From Ruminococcus albus 7 = DSM 20455 (GTDB lineage Bacteria > Bacillota > Clostridia > Oscillospirales > Ruminococcaceae): DNA of 32,000 nt. Below are positions 1-8,135 of the stretch, one piece after another. The stretch is taken from assembly GCF_000179635.2 (NCBI RefSeq), contig NC_014833.1, positions 660,001 to 692,000 on the forward strand, read 5' to 3'. The position numbers and the translations under genes were made by a program. Each line of letters starts with the position of its first letter. The stretch's first letter is position 1. Under the pieces are notes generated by a model. The model did no database searches and was not told where the DNA came from. It saw nothing but the letters and a program-made list of their open reading frames with translations.

Positions 1-33
1 AGTAAAGACATCTGCGGTAAAGGATCACTATGC

Positions 34-62
34 AAAAAGCGCTCACGAACGGGCGTGAGCGC
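34..62 (-). terminator. Rho-independent terminator downstream of glmU
   Basis: Stem GCGCTCAC (39-46) pairs with GTGAGCGC (55-62), with an 8-nt loop. On the minus strand the stem is followed by a U-run (plus-strand AAAAA at 34-38). It lies about 27 nt after the glmU stop. Confidence 0.6.
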
Positions 63-88
63 TTAGGATATGCATTTTACCGCATTTA

Positions 89-1504
89 TCAGTCTTTATG
101 AGCATCCTCGAATTTCTTGGTGCGGGCTGCCAGCTTTTTCTTGGCATAGTCTTCTTTAATGACAGCCTGACCGCGTTCGATAGCAAGTGCATCTGCCGGG
201 ACATCGCCTGTAATGGTTGAACCTGCAGCTGTATACGCACCTTTGCCGATGCATACGGGCGCAACCAGATTGGTATTGCAGCCGATGAATGCATTGTCCT
301 CAACTACTGTGCGGAATTTTTTCTCGCCGTCATAATTGGCTGTAGCCACACCGCAGCCGAAGTTAACGTTGCTGCCCACATCGGAATCGCCTACATAAGT
401 AAGGTGGGATACTGCAGTGCCTTCACCGATAGTGGAATTTTTGATCTCCACAAAATCGCCTATCTTTACGCCCTTGCATATATGAGAATCGGGGCGCAGC
501 TGAACGAAGGGACCTATCTTGGCATTGTCATCAACTATGGCATCGTAAGCCTGAACATTGTTGAGTACCACGCCGTTGCCGATCGTTGTGTTTTCAAGTA
601 TACAGTTCCTGCCGATAATGCAGTCTTCACCGATGACGGTATTGCCGCGAAGTTCAGTACCGGAGTCTATGCGGGTGCCTCTGCCGATGGTAACGTTCCT
701 TCCGACGGATACACCGTCAAGACAGGTAAATTCTATGCCGTCATCGAGCCACCTGTTGATGATCTCCATCCTTGCGATATCGTTCAGTTTCAGCAGACCG
801 CGTCTGTCATTAGCACCGAGAGCCACGTTGGGATTGAGGGATATGAAGGCATCAGCTGCCTTGCCCTTGTTTATCATAAGCTCAACGCAGTCTGTCAGGT
901 AGTACTCGCCCTGGGAATTATTGGGCTTGATCTCGAACAGCACTTCCAGCAGATCTGAGGTCTTGAACCAGTAGCAGCCCGAATTGATCTCCTTTACAGA
1001 GAGCTGGTCGGCGTTGCAGTCCTTATGTTCAACTATACCCGATATCCCGTGTTTGGTGCGGATAACCCTGCCATAGCCTGTTGCATCTTCTACTACGGAA
1101 GTAACTACAGTAACACCGCAGTTATTCTGGATATGAAGCTTGAGAGCGCCCTCGATGGTAGCTGCATCGACAAAGGGAGCATCACCGCAGAGAACAAGGG
1201 TATTTCCGTCATAATTAGCACGAAGGAATTCCTCAGCCATCATAACGGCATGACCTGTACCAAGTCTTTCAGACTGTAGTACGGTGCACACCTTTGCTTT
1301 TGATGATCTGTTTTCAACAAAAGCATCTATCTGCTCGCCTGCAAATCCTTTGACTATACATATCTCATCGAGTCCTGCTTTTTCGCAGGCGCTCATTACC
1401 CATTCTATCATGGGCTCGCCAAGCACACTGCAGAGTGCTTTGGGCGAATTTATCTTCATGCGCTTGCCCTGGCCGCCTGCCAGTATGATAACGTTATTTG
1501 ACAT
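89..1504 (-). CDS. glmU: Bifunctional UDP-N-acetylglucosamine pyrophosphorylase / glucosamine-1-phosphate N-acetyltransferase
   Basis: N-terminal nucleotidyltransferase motif IILAGGQGKRMK. The C-terminal half is left-handed beta-helix hexapeptide repeats. Total length is about 471 aa. The ORF track starts at a TTG (1510). The ATG at 1504 sits 6 nt after GAGAAGGTGA, so I prefer it as the start. Confidence 0.9.
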   Translation of the reverse strand: MSNNVIILAGGQGKRMKINSPKALCSVLGEPMIEWVMSACEKAGLDEICIVKGFAGEQIDAFVENRSSKAKVCTVLQSERLGTGHAVMMAEEFLRANYDGNTLVLCGDAPFVDAATIEGALKLHIQNNCGVTVVTSVVEDATGYGRVIRTKHGISGIVEHKDCNADQLSVKEINSGCYWFKTSDLLEVLFEIKPNNSQGEYYLTDCVELMINKGKAADAFISLNPNVALGANDRRGLLKLNDIARMEIINRWLDDGIEFTCLDGVSVGRNVTIGRGTRIDSGTELRGNTVIGEDCIIGRNCILENTTIGNGVVLNNVQAYDAIVDDNAKIGPFVQLRPDSHICKGVKIGDFVEIKNSTIGEGTAVSHLTYVGDSDVGSNVNFGCGVATANYDGEKKFRTVVEDNAFIGCNTNLVAPVCIGKGAYTAAGSTITGDVPADALAIERGQAVIKEDYAKKKLAARTKKFEDAHKD

Positions 1505-1569
1505 ATTCAATCACCTTCTCCTGATTTTTGCCGTCAACCACCCTTTCACGGACGGCATATCACACATCT

Positions 1570-1598
1570 ATTATAATACTTTCAAACTGTGAAGTCAA
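1570..1598 (-). promoter_or_regulatory. Putative sigma-A promoter of glmU
   Basis: On the minus strand: TTGACT (1598..1593), a 17-nt spacer, then TATAAT (1575..1570). This is about 60 nt upstream of the glmU start. Confidence 0.5.
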
Positions 1599-1661
1599 TA
1601 TTAAATTTTATCGAATTTTGTGCCTTATAAGCCCATGTTTCCGTTATAATAATGCTTTGGT

Positions 1662-1733
1662 ACAGTACACTGCAGGGTGGTGTACTGTGGGTGTACTACA
1701 TGGTGTACTATGCTGTGGGCGGTGCAGTACACC
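1662..1733. repeat. Array of five GTGTACT/AGTACAC motifs (three phased direct copies flanked by inverted copies)
   Basis: ACAGTACAC lies at 1662-1670. GGTGTACT starts at 1679, 1690 and 1702, a spacing of 11 and 12 bp. AGTACACC lies at 1726-1733. Segment 1662-1670 pairs with 1680-1688 (9 bp, 9-nt spacer). Segment 1702-1709 pairs with 1726-1733 (8 bp, 16-nt spacer). Confidence 0.7.
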
Positions 1734-1846
1734 TGTGATGAGGCAGAAATGTTTGATACGAGGTATAACTTTTGTGCGATGTGCTGTATTGTTCAAAGTT
1801 TACAACATTGTCGATTGTGTGTAGTGCTGAAAATGCATGAAGGGTA

Positions 1847-1875
1847 TTGACAAATTGAGGCAGTGGTGGTAAACT
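1847..1875 (+). promoter_or_regulatory. Putative sigma-A promoter (extended -10) driving the small-ORF / lipoprotein / gntR-ABC cluster
   Basis: TTGACA (1847-1852), a 17-nt spacer, then TGgTAAACT with the -10 at 1870-1875. Confidence 0.45.
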
Positions 1876-1879
1876 CTAA

Positions 1880-1911
1880 GTGTACTACTACAGATAATAC
1901 ACCTAGTACAC
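1880..1911. promoter_or_regulatory. Dyad GTGTACTA-N16-TAGTACAC overlapping the predicted transcription start (candidate operator or 5' hairpin)
   Basis: Perfect 8-bp inverted repeat at 1880-1887 and 1904-1911. It has the same half-site and the same 16-nt spacer as the 1702/1726 pair. It begins 5 nt after the -10 element. Confidence 0.5.
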
Positions 1912-1984
1912 GCAGGACAAATGAAACGAAACAACAAGACAGCGCCCTCTATAAAAAGATGACAGGGCAGAAAGGCAGGACAAC

Positions 1985-2113
1985 ATGAGAGAACTTATGA
2001 TATTTGCAGTGAGCGTTCTGGGAGTTTGCATACTTCTGGCAGGACAGGAATTCAGAAAGGTACGCGAATGGAAGATGACGGAAGAGGACAGCGAAGAAGA
2101 AATGGGGATATGA
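1985..2113 (+). CDS. Possible 42-aa small membrane protein (MRELMIFAVSVLGVCILLAGQEFRKVREWKMTEEDSEEEMGI)
   Basis: Hand-translated ORF, below the 60-aa cutoff of the supplied track. It has one hydrophobic helix followed by a charged tail. A weak RBS (AGGA) sits 4 nt upstream. It lies inside the purine-rich leader downstream of the 1847 promoter. Confidence 0.3.
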   Translation: MRELMIFAVSVLGVCILLAGQEFRKVREWKMTEEDSEEEMGI

Positions 2114-2313
2114 CATACTGATGTTGAACACGGTATACTGAGAGAAAAAAAGAGAAAAGACACAAGCGCCGATGTGACAGAAAATAAAGATAACAGCATT
2201 ACATCGGCTTACAAGACGGGAGACAACAAAACGAAAAATAATGTGAGCATGAGAAGACAGAACTCATCAGCGATGAAAGCTGAAGGGTGCAGAATGAAAG
2301 AACGGAGATAAGT

Positions 2314-2757
2314 ATGAAAATAGCAGCATTATCAGCAGCAGTGATCATGGCGTTCACGCTTACAGGTTGCGGAGAAAAGACCAGTGTTGATATAGATGTA
2401 TCATCTGAAAAATATGTCGGAAATGAATTACCGCATACGGTACACAGTCTGGAGGTCACTCTCGAAGCACAGGGCAAGATACCCGACAAGATAAGATATT
2501 TCGGGGATAAGAACTGTGATGATGAGATGCTGAAGAAACTCAAGGAAGAAGGAGCACTTGAGGAGGACAGCAAAGCTGTGGAATGCATAGGCTACGAGGT
2601 GGATTATCATTACTCCAAAAACCCGATAGTGATGCTGAGGGGAACATTGGGCGGAAAATATGATACTGATAAGCACGAAGGCACGCAGTTCTGGTTCGCG
2701 AGAGAAAAAGACGGCGAATGGGAGTGTGTAAGTTCGGAAACAGTTATTTTGGAATGA
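2314..2757 (+). CDS. Small lipoprotein, unknown function
   Basis: Signal peptide plus lipobox: MKIAALSAAVIMAFTLTGC. The ATG at 2314 is preceded by GGAG. The GTG at 2287 given in the track has no RBS. Confidence 0.7.
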   Translation: MKIAALSAAVIMAFTLTGCGEKTSVDIDVSSEKYVGNELPHTVHSLEVTLEAQGKIPDKIRYFGDKNCDDEMLKKLKEEGALEEDSKAVECIGYEVDYHYSKNPIVMLRGTLGGKYDTDKHEGTQFWFAREKDGEWECVSSETVILE

Positions 2758-2791
2758 TGCCCGGCAGGCGGCTGATAAGGAGAAAAATGAT

Positions 2792-3199
2792 ATGAAAAAA
2801 GTAATGCGATATGTAAAACTTTACGCGCTTGTGATGGTAATGATAACGGCAGTACTTATGACCGGATGCTATGCAGACGGCAGGGGAACATATTTTCCTG
2901 ACAGCGCTGAGATGCAGAAAAATCTTTCAGGCAAAGGGTATGATGTGAGCGTGGAGAAAACCGACAATGGCGAACACCTTATTGGCGGCAGGAAAGACAC
3001 GTTCATAGAGTTCTACTGGCTTGATTCTGCTGATGATGCAAAAACGCTCTCCGATGAACTGGCATCGCGTCACTCCGACTATAAGGAGCTTCGCAGTATC
3101 ACCAACAGCCAAGAATACGGCAACATAGTGTTCTGCTCAAATGGTTCGGCGATGGACGATGCAGGCATACAGATAATTGAAGTTAAAGTGGATGACTGA
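2792..3199 (+). CDS. Small lipoprotein, unknown function
   Basis: Signal peptide plus lipobox: ITAVLMTGC. An AAGGAGAAA RBS lies upstream. Confidence 0.7.
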   Translation: MKKVMRYVKLYALVMVMITAVLMTGCYADGRGTYFPDSAEMQKNLSGKGYDVSVEKTDNGEHLIGGRKDTFIEFYWLDSADDAKTLSDELASRHSDYKELRSITNSQEYGNIVFCSNGSAMDDAGIQIIEVKVDD

Positions 3200-3340
3200 A
3201 GTCACCGATATAAGGATCAACCTGAGTATACACTATATAAAGAGATCGCTGAACGCAATAGTTATATCAGTTCGGCGGGCGTGTACGCAGGTGTTAAAAT
3301 GTTAACAGACAACAAAACATAAACGAGAGGAGGAAAGCTC

Positions 3341-3703
3341 TTGATAAATATAGACCTTACAGGCAGAGTGCCCATATACGAGCAGATATGCAACGGCTTC
3401 GCGGAACTTATAGGAAACGGAGCTCTGCAGGAGAATGACAAGCTGCCCGGGGCGAGAACGCTGGCGAAGGAACTGGGATTGAATCCCAATACCGTAGCTA
3501 AGGCTTACAGCAGGCTTGAGCATGACGGGATAATCTATTCCGTTGCGGGCAAGGGCTGTTTTGTAGCCAAGCAGAAAGGGCATATAGAAAGAAAGCTTTT
3601 TGAAGATTTTGATGCAGCGGCATCTGCGGCACTGAGGGCGGGTGTGACCGTCGTAGAGCTGAAAGACAGACTGGACGCTTTGCAGAAGGAGGATAACAAA
3701 TGA
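3341..3703 (+). CDS. GntR-family transcriptional regulator, short YtrA-like subtype
   Basis: Winged-HTH sequence LPGARTLAKELGLNPNTVAKAYSRLEHDGIIYSVAGKGCFV. At 120 aa it has only a short C-terminal extension, as in YtrA-type regulators. TTG start, 6 nt after GAGAGGAGGA. Its stop overlaps the next gene's start (ATGA). Confidence 0.85.
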   Translation: MINIDLTGRVPIYEQICNGFAELIGNGALQENDKLPGARTLAKELGLNPNTVAKAYSRLEHDGIIYSVAGKGCFVAKQKGHIERKLFEDFDAAASAALRAGVTVVELKDRLDALQKEDNK

Positions 3704-4632
3704 TAGACATTAAAGATGTCACGATGGTATTTGAGAAGGGCAGGGATGATAAAGAAAATTTTGTTGCCCTCGATCATATATCCATCGAGATACCCGAGGG
3801 GTGCATATACGGATTTCTCGGTTCAAACGGCGCAGGCAAATCCACGCTGATGAGAATGATGTGCGGGGTATACCCCTGCAGCAGCGGAAGTGTCAGGATT
3901 GATGATACTGAGGTATACGACTCCCCTGAAGCCAAGGGAAAGATATTCTTCGTGAACGATGAAACGATACAGTATGCAAACTTCACCCTTAAAGACCTGA
4001 AAAACTACTACGCGAGCTATTATCCTGAGTTTTCCGAGGAAGTGTTCGACAGACTTACAAGCAAGCTGGAACTTCCGCTGAACAAGAGAATGTCACAGTT
4101 CTCAAAGGGTATGAAAAGACAGGCGGTAGTTGTGGCGGCACTTAGCTGCAAGACCAAGTACATAATGCTGGACGAAGCTTTTGACGGACTTGACCCTGCT
4201 ATGAGAAAGATAATCAAGACCATGATAGTCGATGAGCTTATGGACAGGGGAGCTACGATGATAGTATCTTCCCATAACGTAGCCGAGATAAACGAGCTTT
4301 GCGACAGGGCGATGCTGATACATAAGGGACACCTGATATTTGCCGATGAGATAGATGAGATCAAGAGTGGTTTCTGCAAGATTCAGCTGGCGCTGAAGGA
4401 CAGGCAGATGACAAAGGAAATGGCGGAGCAGTCAGGGCTGGAGATAATGCAGTTCTCTTGCATCGGCAGTGTGGCACAGATGATAGTGCGCGGCGCTGCG
4501 GATGAATGCCTTGCAAAGCTGAAGGGACTGTCACCCATACTGCTTGAAGCAGTACCGCTGACATTAGAGGAGATATTCATATACGAGCTGGAGGTGAGAG
4601 GCTATGGCGCAGACATACTTAAAGAAAATTGA
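3700..4632 (+). CDS. ABC transporter ATP-binding protein
   Basis: Walker A GSNGAGKST. Signature-like FSKGMKRQ. Walker B IMLDEAFDGLD. Appears translationally coupled to the GntR gene. Confidence 0.9.
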   Translation: MIDIKDVTMVFEKGRDDKENFVALDHISIEIPEGCIYGFLGSNGAGKSTLMRMMCGVYPCSSGSVRIDDTEVYDSPEAKGKIFFVNDETIQYANFTLKDLKNYYASYYPEFSEEVFDRLTSKLELPLNKRMSQFSKGMKRQAVVVAALSCKTKYIMLDEAFDGLDPAMRKIIKTMIVDELMDRGATMIVSSHNVAEINELCDRAMLIHKGHLIFADEIDEIKSGFCKIQLALKDRQMTKEMAEQSGLEIMQFSCIGSVAQMIVRGAADECLAKLKGLSPILLEAVPLTLEEIFIYELEVRGYGADILKEN

Positions 4633-6190
4633 GCTGGCCTCAAAGGCGGAATACCGCAACGGACGCAAGATAAGGCTGATGATACTGATAATCACTATTG
4701 CTGCAGCATTGTTTGAAGCAAGTGATTTCACGGTAAGTAATAATTATGAATATGGTGCAGTGACAAAGTATTCTCCCAATTTTGACGGATTTTTCGGACT
4801 TTTCCTGATGTTCGTTGCAGCAGCCTTCGGTGCGTTTGCGGTATTCGGAGTTTTCAGTGATCTTACCAACAAGCAGACCGCGGATGTTCAGCTCTCACTG
4901 CCCATGAGCGCTAAGGACAGATATCTTTCAAAGCTGCTGGCTGTGGCAAAGCTGCATATACTGCCTTTGCTTGGTGCGGGTATATTCGTTATCATAGCAG
5001 GTGCGATAAAGGGCGACGTGATAATGGGTCAATGTATATCGTATCTGTTACAGCTGCACTGTGTGATACTGGCTGAGGCACTGTTCGTTGATGCGATATG
5101 CATATTCTGCATGAGCTGCTGCGGCGCTAAGGCAGAGGGTGTATATACCTCGATCATAACAGGACTTTGTGCGAGCATGACCCCGTTTTTGGTATTCAAT
5201 TTCACGATAGAAAGATTTTCGGGCGTATATCTGGGCGACGATGAAAGCGGAAAATATTTTGCATCCTTCGGCGCACTGGTAGGAATGTGCATACCTGATA
5301 CGGGGATATTTGATGCAACGGCTGAGCGTATAACTGTTCTGTTTATCAATATTTTACTCAGCTGTCTGCTGATATTTGTCACATTCTTTATTTACCGCAA
5401 GCGTGACGGAAGACATGTCGGTAAGCCTATGGTATATGACTTGTTCATGGAGCTTTTCATGTTCACGGGTCTGTTCACACTGTTTACCATGTTCTCGTAC
5501 GCAAAAAAATGGGGCATCGGACTCACTGTTGCGCTGATAATCTATCTTGTGATAAGGATCGTTGCTGCAAGGGCTAAGATAACTCCCGTGACATTCTTGA
5601 CATGGCTTCTAAAATACGGTGTCAGTCTAGCGGCGTTCGTGATAATAATGGCTGTGGGCTTTTTCACAGGCGGTTTCGGACACTATAAGCTGCGCATAAA
5701 GAACACATTGAACGATACTGTAAGGCTCAGTGCAAATTACTACTCAGACGATATTTGTTCATTCTATCAGTCATATCATATAGAAGAGAAATACAGAGAA
5801 AACATGGGCTCGAACAATAATGTCGTTATCGATGGTGAGCCTTCTGATATGATAAGTCAGGCTGAAATGGATGAGAAGATCACTAAGCTGAATGCGCTGA
5901 TAGACAAGTATTACGACATCACCGACAGAGATTTTGAAGATTTCAAAGGAGTGATGTTAAATGGAAGTAATTACTATGACGACAGACTGAGAGAAAGGAC
6001 TAATGTAAATATAAGCATAAGTGATGACAGTGACTTTGATTCTAGAAGAAAAATTATTCACCGAAATGATTTCAGTGTTTTATTCGATATCCCTGAGGAG
6101 AAGCAAGATGAATTTATCAGAGAGGTCGGAGAGATAATACCTCAGACAGAGGTTGACTCCAACCGGCGTATTTACGAAGATGAGTATTGA
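4604..6190 (+). CDS. Multi-pass membrane protein, putative permease partner of the ABC ATPase, with a long charged C-terminal soluble region
   Basis: The first ~360 aa carry many hydrophobic helices. The last ~170 aa are D/E/K/R/N/Y-rich. It overlaps the ATPase gene by 29 nt and has a GAGGTGAGAGG RBS. I recognised no diagnostic family motif. Confidence 0.6.
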   Translation: MAQTYLKKIELASKAEYRNGRKIRLMILIITIAAALFEASDFTVSNNYEYGAVTKYSPNFDGFFGLFLMFVAAAFGAFAVFGVFSDLTNKQTADVQLSLPMSAKDRYLSKLLAVAKLHILPLLGAGIFVIIAGAIKGDVIMGQCISYLLQLHCVILAEALFVDAICIFCMSCCGAKAEGVYTSIITGLCASMTPFLVFNFTIERFSGVYLGDDESGKYFASFGALVGMCIPDTGIFDATAERITVLFINILLSCLLIFVTFFIYRKRDGRHVGKPMVYDLFMELFMFTGLFTLFTMFSYAKKWGIGLTVALIIYLVIRIVAARAKITPVTFLTWLLKYGVSLAAFVIIMAVGFFTGGFGHYKLRIKNTLNDTVRLSANYYSDDICSFYQSYHIEEKYRENMGSNNNVVIDGEPSDMISQAEMDEKITKLNALIDKYYDITDRDFEDFKGVMLNGSNYYDDRLRERTNVNISISDDSDFDSRRKIIHRNDFSVLFDIPEEKQDEFIREVGEIIPQTEVDSNRRIYEDEY

Positions 6191-6207
6191 TAACAGCATA
6201 TAAAGAT

Positions 6208-6235
6208 ACCCCCGCGGTCTGCTGACCACGGGGGT
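6208..6235. terminator. GC-rich hairpin between convergent genes (probable bidirectional terminator)
   Basis: ACCCCCGCGGTC-tgct-GACCACGGGGGT forms 11 bp with one mismatch. U-runs are weak on both strands. Confidence 0.5.
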
Positions 6236-6254
6236 ATTAGCATTTAAGTTATCA

Positions 6255-7838
6255 TTACTTGTAGCACTCGAATGCAGCTTCGGCAGCTTTCTTGTCCTCG
6301 TCGTTGGACTTAGTGATAAGGCTCACAACAGGAACAACTATCAGACCGAACAGCATCGCAAATGCACCTGCGTTAACAGGTGAAGCCAGTGCAAGACCGC
6401 CAAGTGTCTTGGGTGCATCGGGGATAACACCGAAGGTGTAGATCATCATGTGAACAACAGTTATGCCCACGCCGCAGATGAAGCTTGCCATAACAGCCGC
6501 CTTGGTAACGCCTTTCCAGAACAGACCGTACATGAAAGGTGCAAGGAATGCGCCTGCCAGTGCGCCCCAGCTTATGCCCATCAGTGAGGATATCACCAAC
6601 TCGTCCTTCTTCTGCTCTGAGTATATCGCGATAGCAACGGATATTATCAGGAACACTGCGATGAATATACGCATGATGCATACTTCGCCCTTTTCGCTCA
6701 TTTTCTTTTTCATGGGCTTGATAAGGTCGATGGTCAGTGTCGAGCTGGAAGTCAGCACCAGTGAAGACAGTGTAGACATTGAAGCCGAAAGTACCAGCAC
6801 GATTATCAGTGCGAAAAGTGCACTGGGCAGAGAATCCATCATAGCAGGAACGATAGCGTCAGAGCCATCAATGGGTTCACCATTCTCTTTCTTCTCCATG
6901 AACAGTCTGCCGAATCCGCCCAGGAAATAGCAGCCGCCTGCAACCACAACAGCAAATATGGTGGAAACTACAGTACCTGTAACAATGGCCTTGTTATCCT
7001 TGATAGCATAGAACTTCTGTACCATCTGAGGAAGTCCCCATGTACCGAGAGAAGTCAGTATAACAACGCCTATCAGGTTTATGGGGTCGGGACCTATTAT
7101 AGAGTTGAACACACCTGTGTTGCCCTTTGCATCGGGGATAGCGCCCATAGCCTCCATGGAGCCCGAGAATCCGCCGTTTACTTTAAGCACAGCCACAACA
7201 ACAGCTGCAATTCCTATCAGCATGATTATGCCCTGAATGAAATCGTTGAGGGCAGTAGCCTTGTATCCGCCCAAGATAACGTATATCGCGGTGAACACAG
7301 CCATAGCCACAATACACCATTCGTATCCGATATTGAAACTCTTCTCGAACAGTCTTGAAAGACCTTTGTAAACAGAAGCGGTGTAGGGGATAAGGAATAT
7401 GAAGATTATCAGTGCTGACACCGTTTTCAGGGTCTTTGAGTTGTATCTCAGTTCAAAGAACTCCGGCATTGTCTTAGCGTCCAGATGCTTTGTCATCGTA
7501 CGTGTGCGCTTGCCGAGTATCAGCCATGCCAGAAGTGAACCGATAAGCGCGTTGCCTATGCCGATCCAAGTCGAAGCCACACCGTAAGCCCAGCCGAATT
7601 TTCCTGCGTATCCCACGAATATAACCGCCGAGAAATACGAAGTACCGTAAGCGAAAGCTGTGAACCAAGGGCCCAGACCTCTGCCGCCGAGGACGAAGTC
7701 ATTAACATTCGCTGTCTTTTTGCGGTAGTACGCGCCGATACCTATCATCAGCATAAGGTACACCACAAGAATGATCCATCTTAATACCAATATGAACACT
7801 TCCTTAAAAAAATTGACGGCTTCGATATGGTACATCAA
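6255..7838 (-). CDS. Sodium:solute symporter (SSS family; substrate unknown)
   Basis: SSS-type N-terminus: DFVLGGRGLGPWFTAFAYGTSYFSAV. About 13 hydrophobic helices. The true start is probably the TTG at 7790 (MVLRWIILVV...), which follows AAGGAAG by 8 nt, rather than 7838/7835. Confidence 0.85.
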   Translation of the reverse strand: MMYHIEAVNFFKEVFILVLRWIILVVYLMLMIGIGAYYRKKTANVNDFVLGGRGLGPWFTAFAYGTSYFSAVIFVGYAGKFGWAYGVASTWIGIGNALIGSLLAWLILGKRTRTMTKHLDAKTMPEFFELRYNSKTLKTVSALIIFIFLIPYTASVYKGLSRLFEKSFNIGYEWCIVAMAVFTAIYVILGGYKATALNDFIQGIIMLIGIAAVVVAVLKVNGGFSGSMEAMGAIPDAKGNTGVFNSIIGPDPINLIGVVILTSLGTWGLPQMVQKFYAIKDNKAIVTGTVVSTIFAVVVAGGCYFLGGFGRLFMEKKENGEPIDGSDAIVPAMMDSLPSALFALIIVLVLSASMSTLSSLVLTSSSTLTIDLIKPMKKKMSEKGEVCIMRIFIAVFLIISVAIAIYSEQKKDELVISSLMGISWGALAGAFLAPFMYGLFWKGVTKAAVMASFICGVGITVVHMMIYTFGVIPDAPKTLGGLALASPVNAGAFAMLFGLIVVPVVSLITKSNDEDKKAAEAAFECYK

Positions 7839-7883
7839 CGTTTTAACGCTTTTATGCTTTTACCCAATAAAGCCGACTTTTAT

Positions 7884-7912
7884 ATTATATAACATTTTCC
7901 TGTTGCTGTCAA
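7884..7912 (-). promoter_or_regulatory. Consensus sigma-A promoter of the symporter gene
   Basis: On the minus strand: TTGACA (7912..7907), a 17-nt spacer, then TATAAT (7889..7884). Confidence 0.55.
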
Positions 7913-8040
7913 CCGCGGCAGAGTTTTTTGACTGAAGAATACCAAACAAAATTGATCCGCGGCTTTTATGCAAATTTACCATAGCAAACTCGGGGCTTCC
8001 ACAATATGTAAATATGGCTGCCCCTTCAACACATCACAGC

Positions 8041-8090
8041 AAAAAGTTGCCGCCCGCAGATGTATCCGTAAGGATAACGCCTGCGGGCGG
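8041..8090 (-). terminator. Rho-independent terminator of the tetR-GPH-alpha-galactosidase operon
   Basis: 10-bp stem CCGCCCGCAG (8050-8059) pairs with CTGCGGGCGG (8081-8090). An inner TATCC/GGATA pair extends it. A U-run follows on the minus strand (plus-strand AAAAA at 8041-8045). It lies 45 nt after the stop at 8136. Confidence 0.6.
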
Positions 8091-8135
8091 TTTACCGAGA
8101 AATTTAGGAGGTGAGGAATTAGCAATACATTAGTG

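Noticed and set aside
404-958. 184-aa and 114-aa plus-strand ORFs inside glmU
   Set aside because: They are antisense to the hexapeptide-repeat region of a confidently identified glmU. Such repetitive regions commonly give long shadow ORFs. They have no RBS and no recognisable motifs.
1662-1911. Whether the GTGTACT repeats could be a CRISPR array or a mobile-element end
   Set aside because: The units are only 7-9 bp with 11-12-bp periodicity, far too short for CRISPR repeats and spacers. There are no cas genes, no transposase and no target-site duplication nearby.
1528-2199. 98-aa ORFs at 1528..1824 (+) and 1903..2199 (-) in the large intergenic region
   Set aside because: Both lack an RBS and have Cys/Ser/Leu-rich, low-complexity-like composition. 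The first runs through the glmU promoter and the repeat array. The second is simply the pyrimidine-rich complement of the purine-rich leader.
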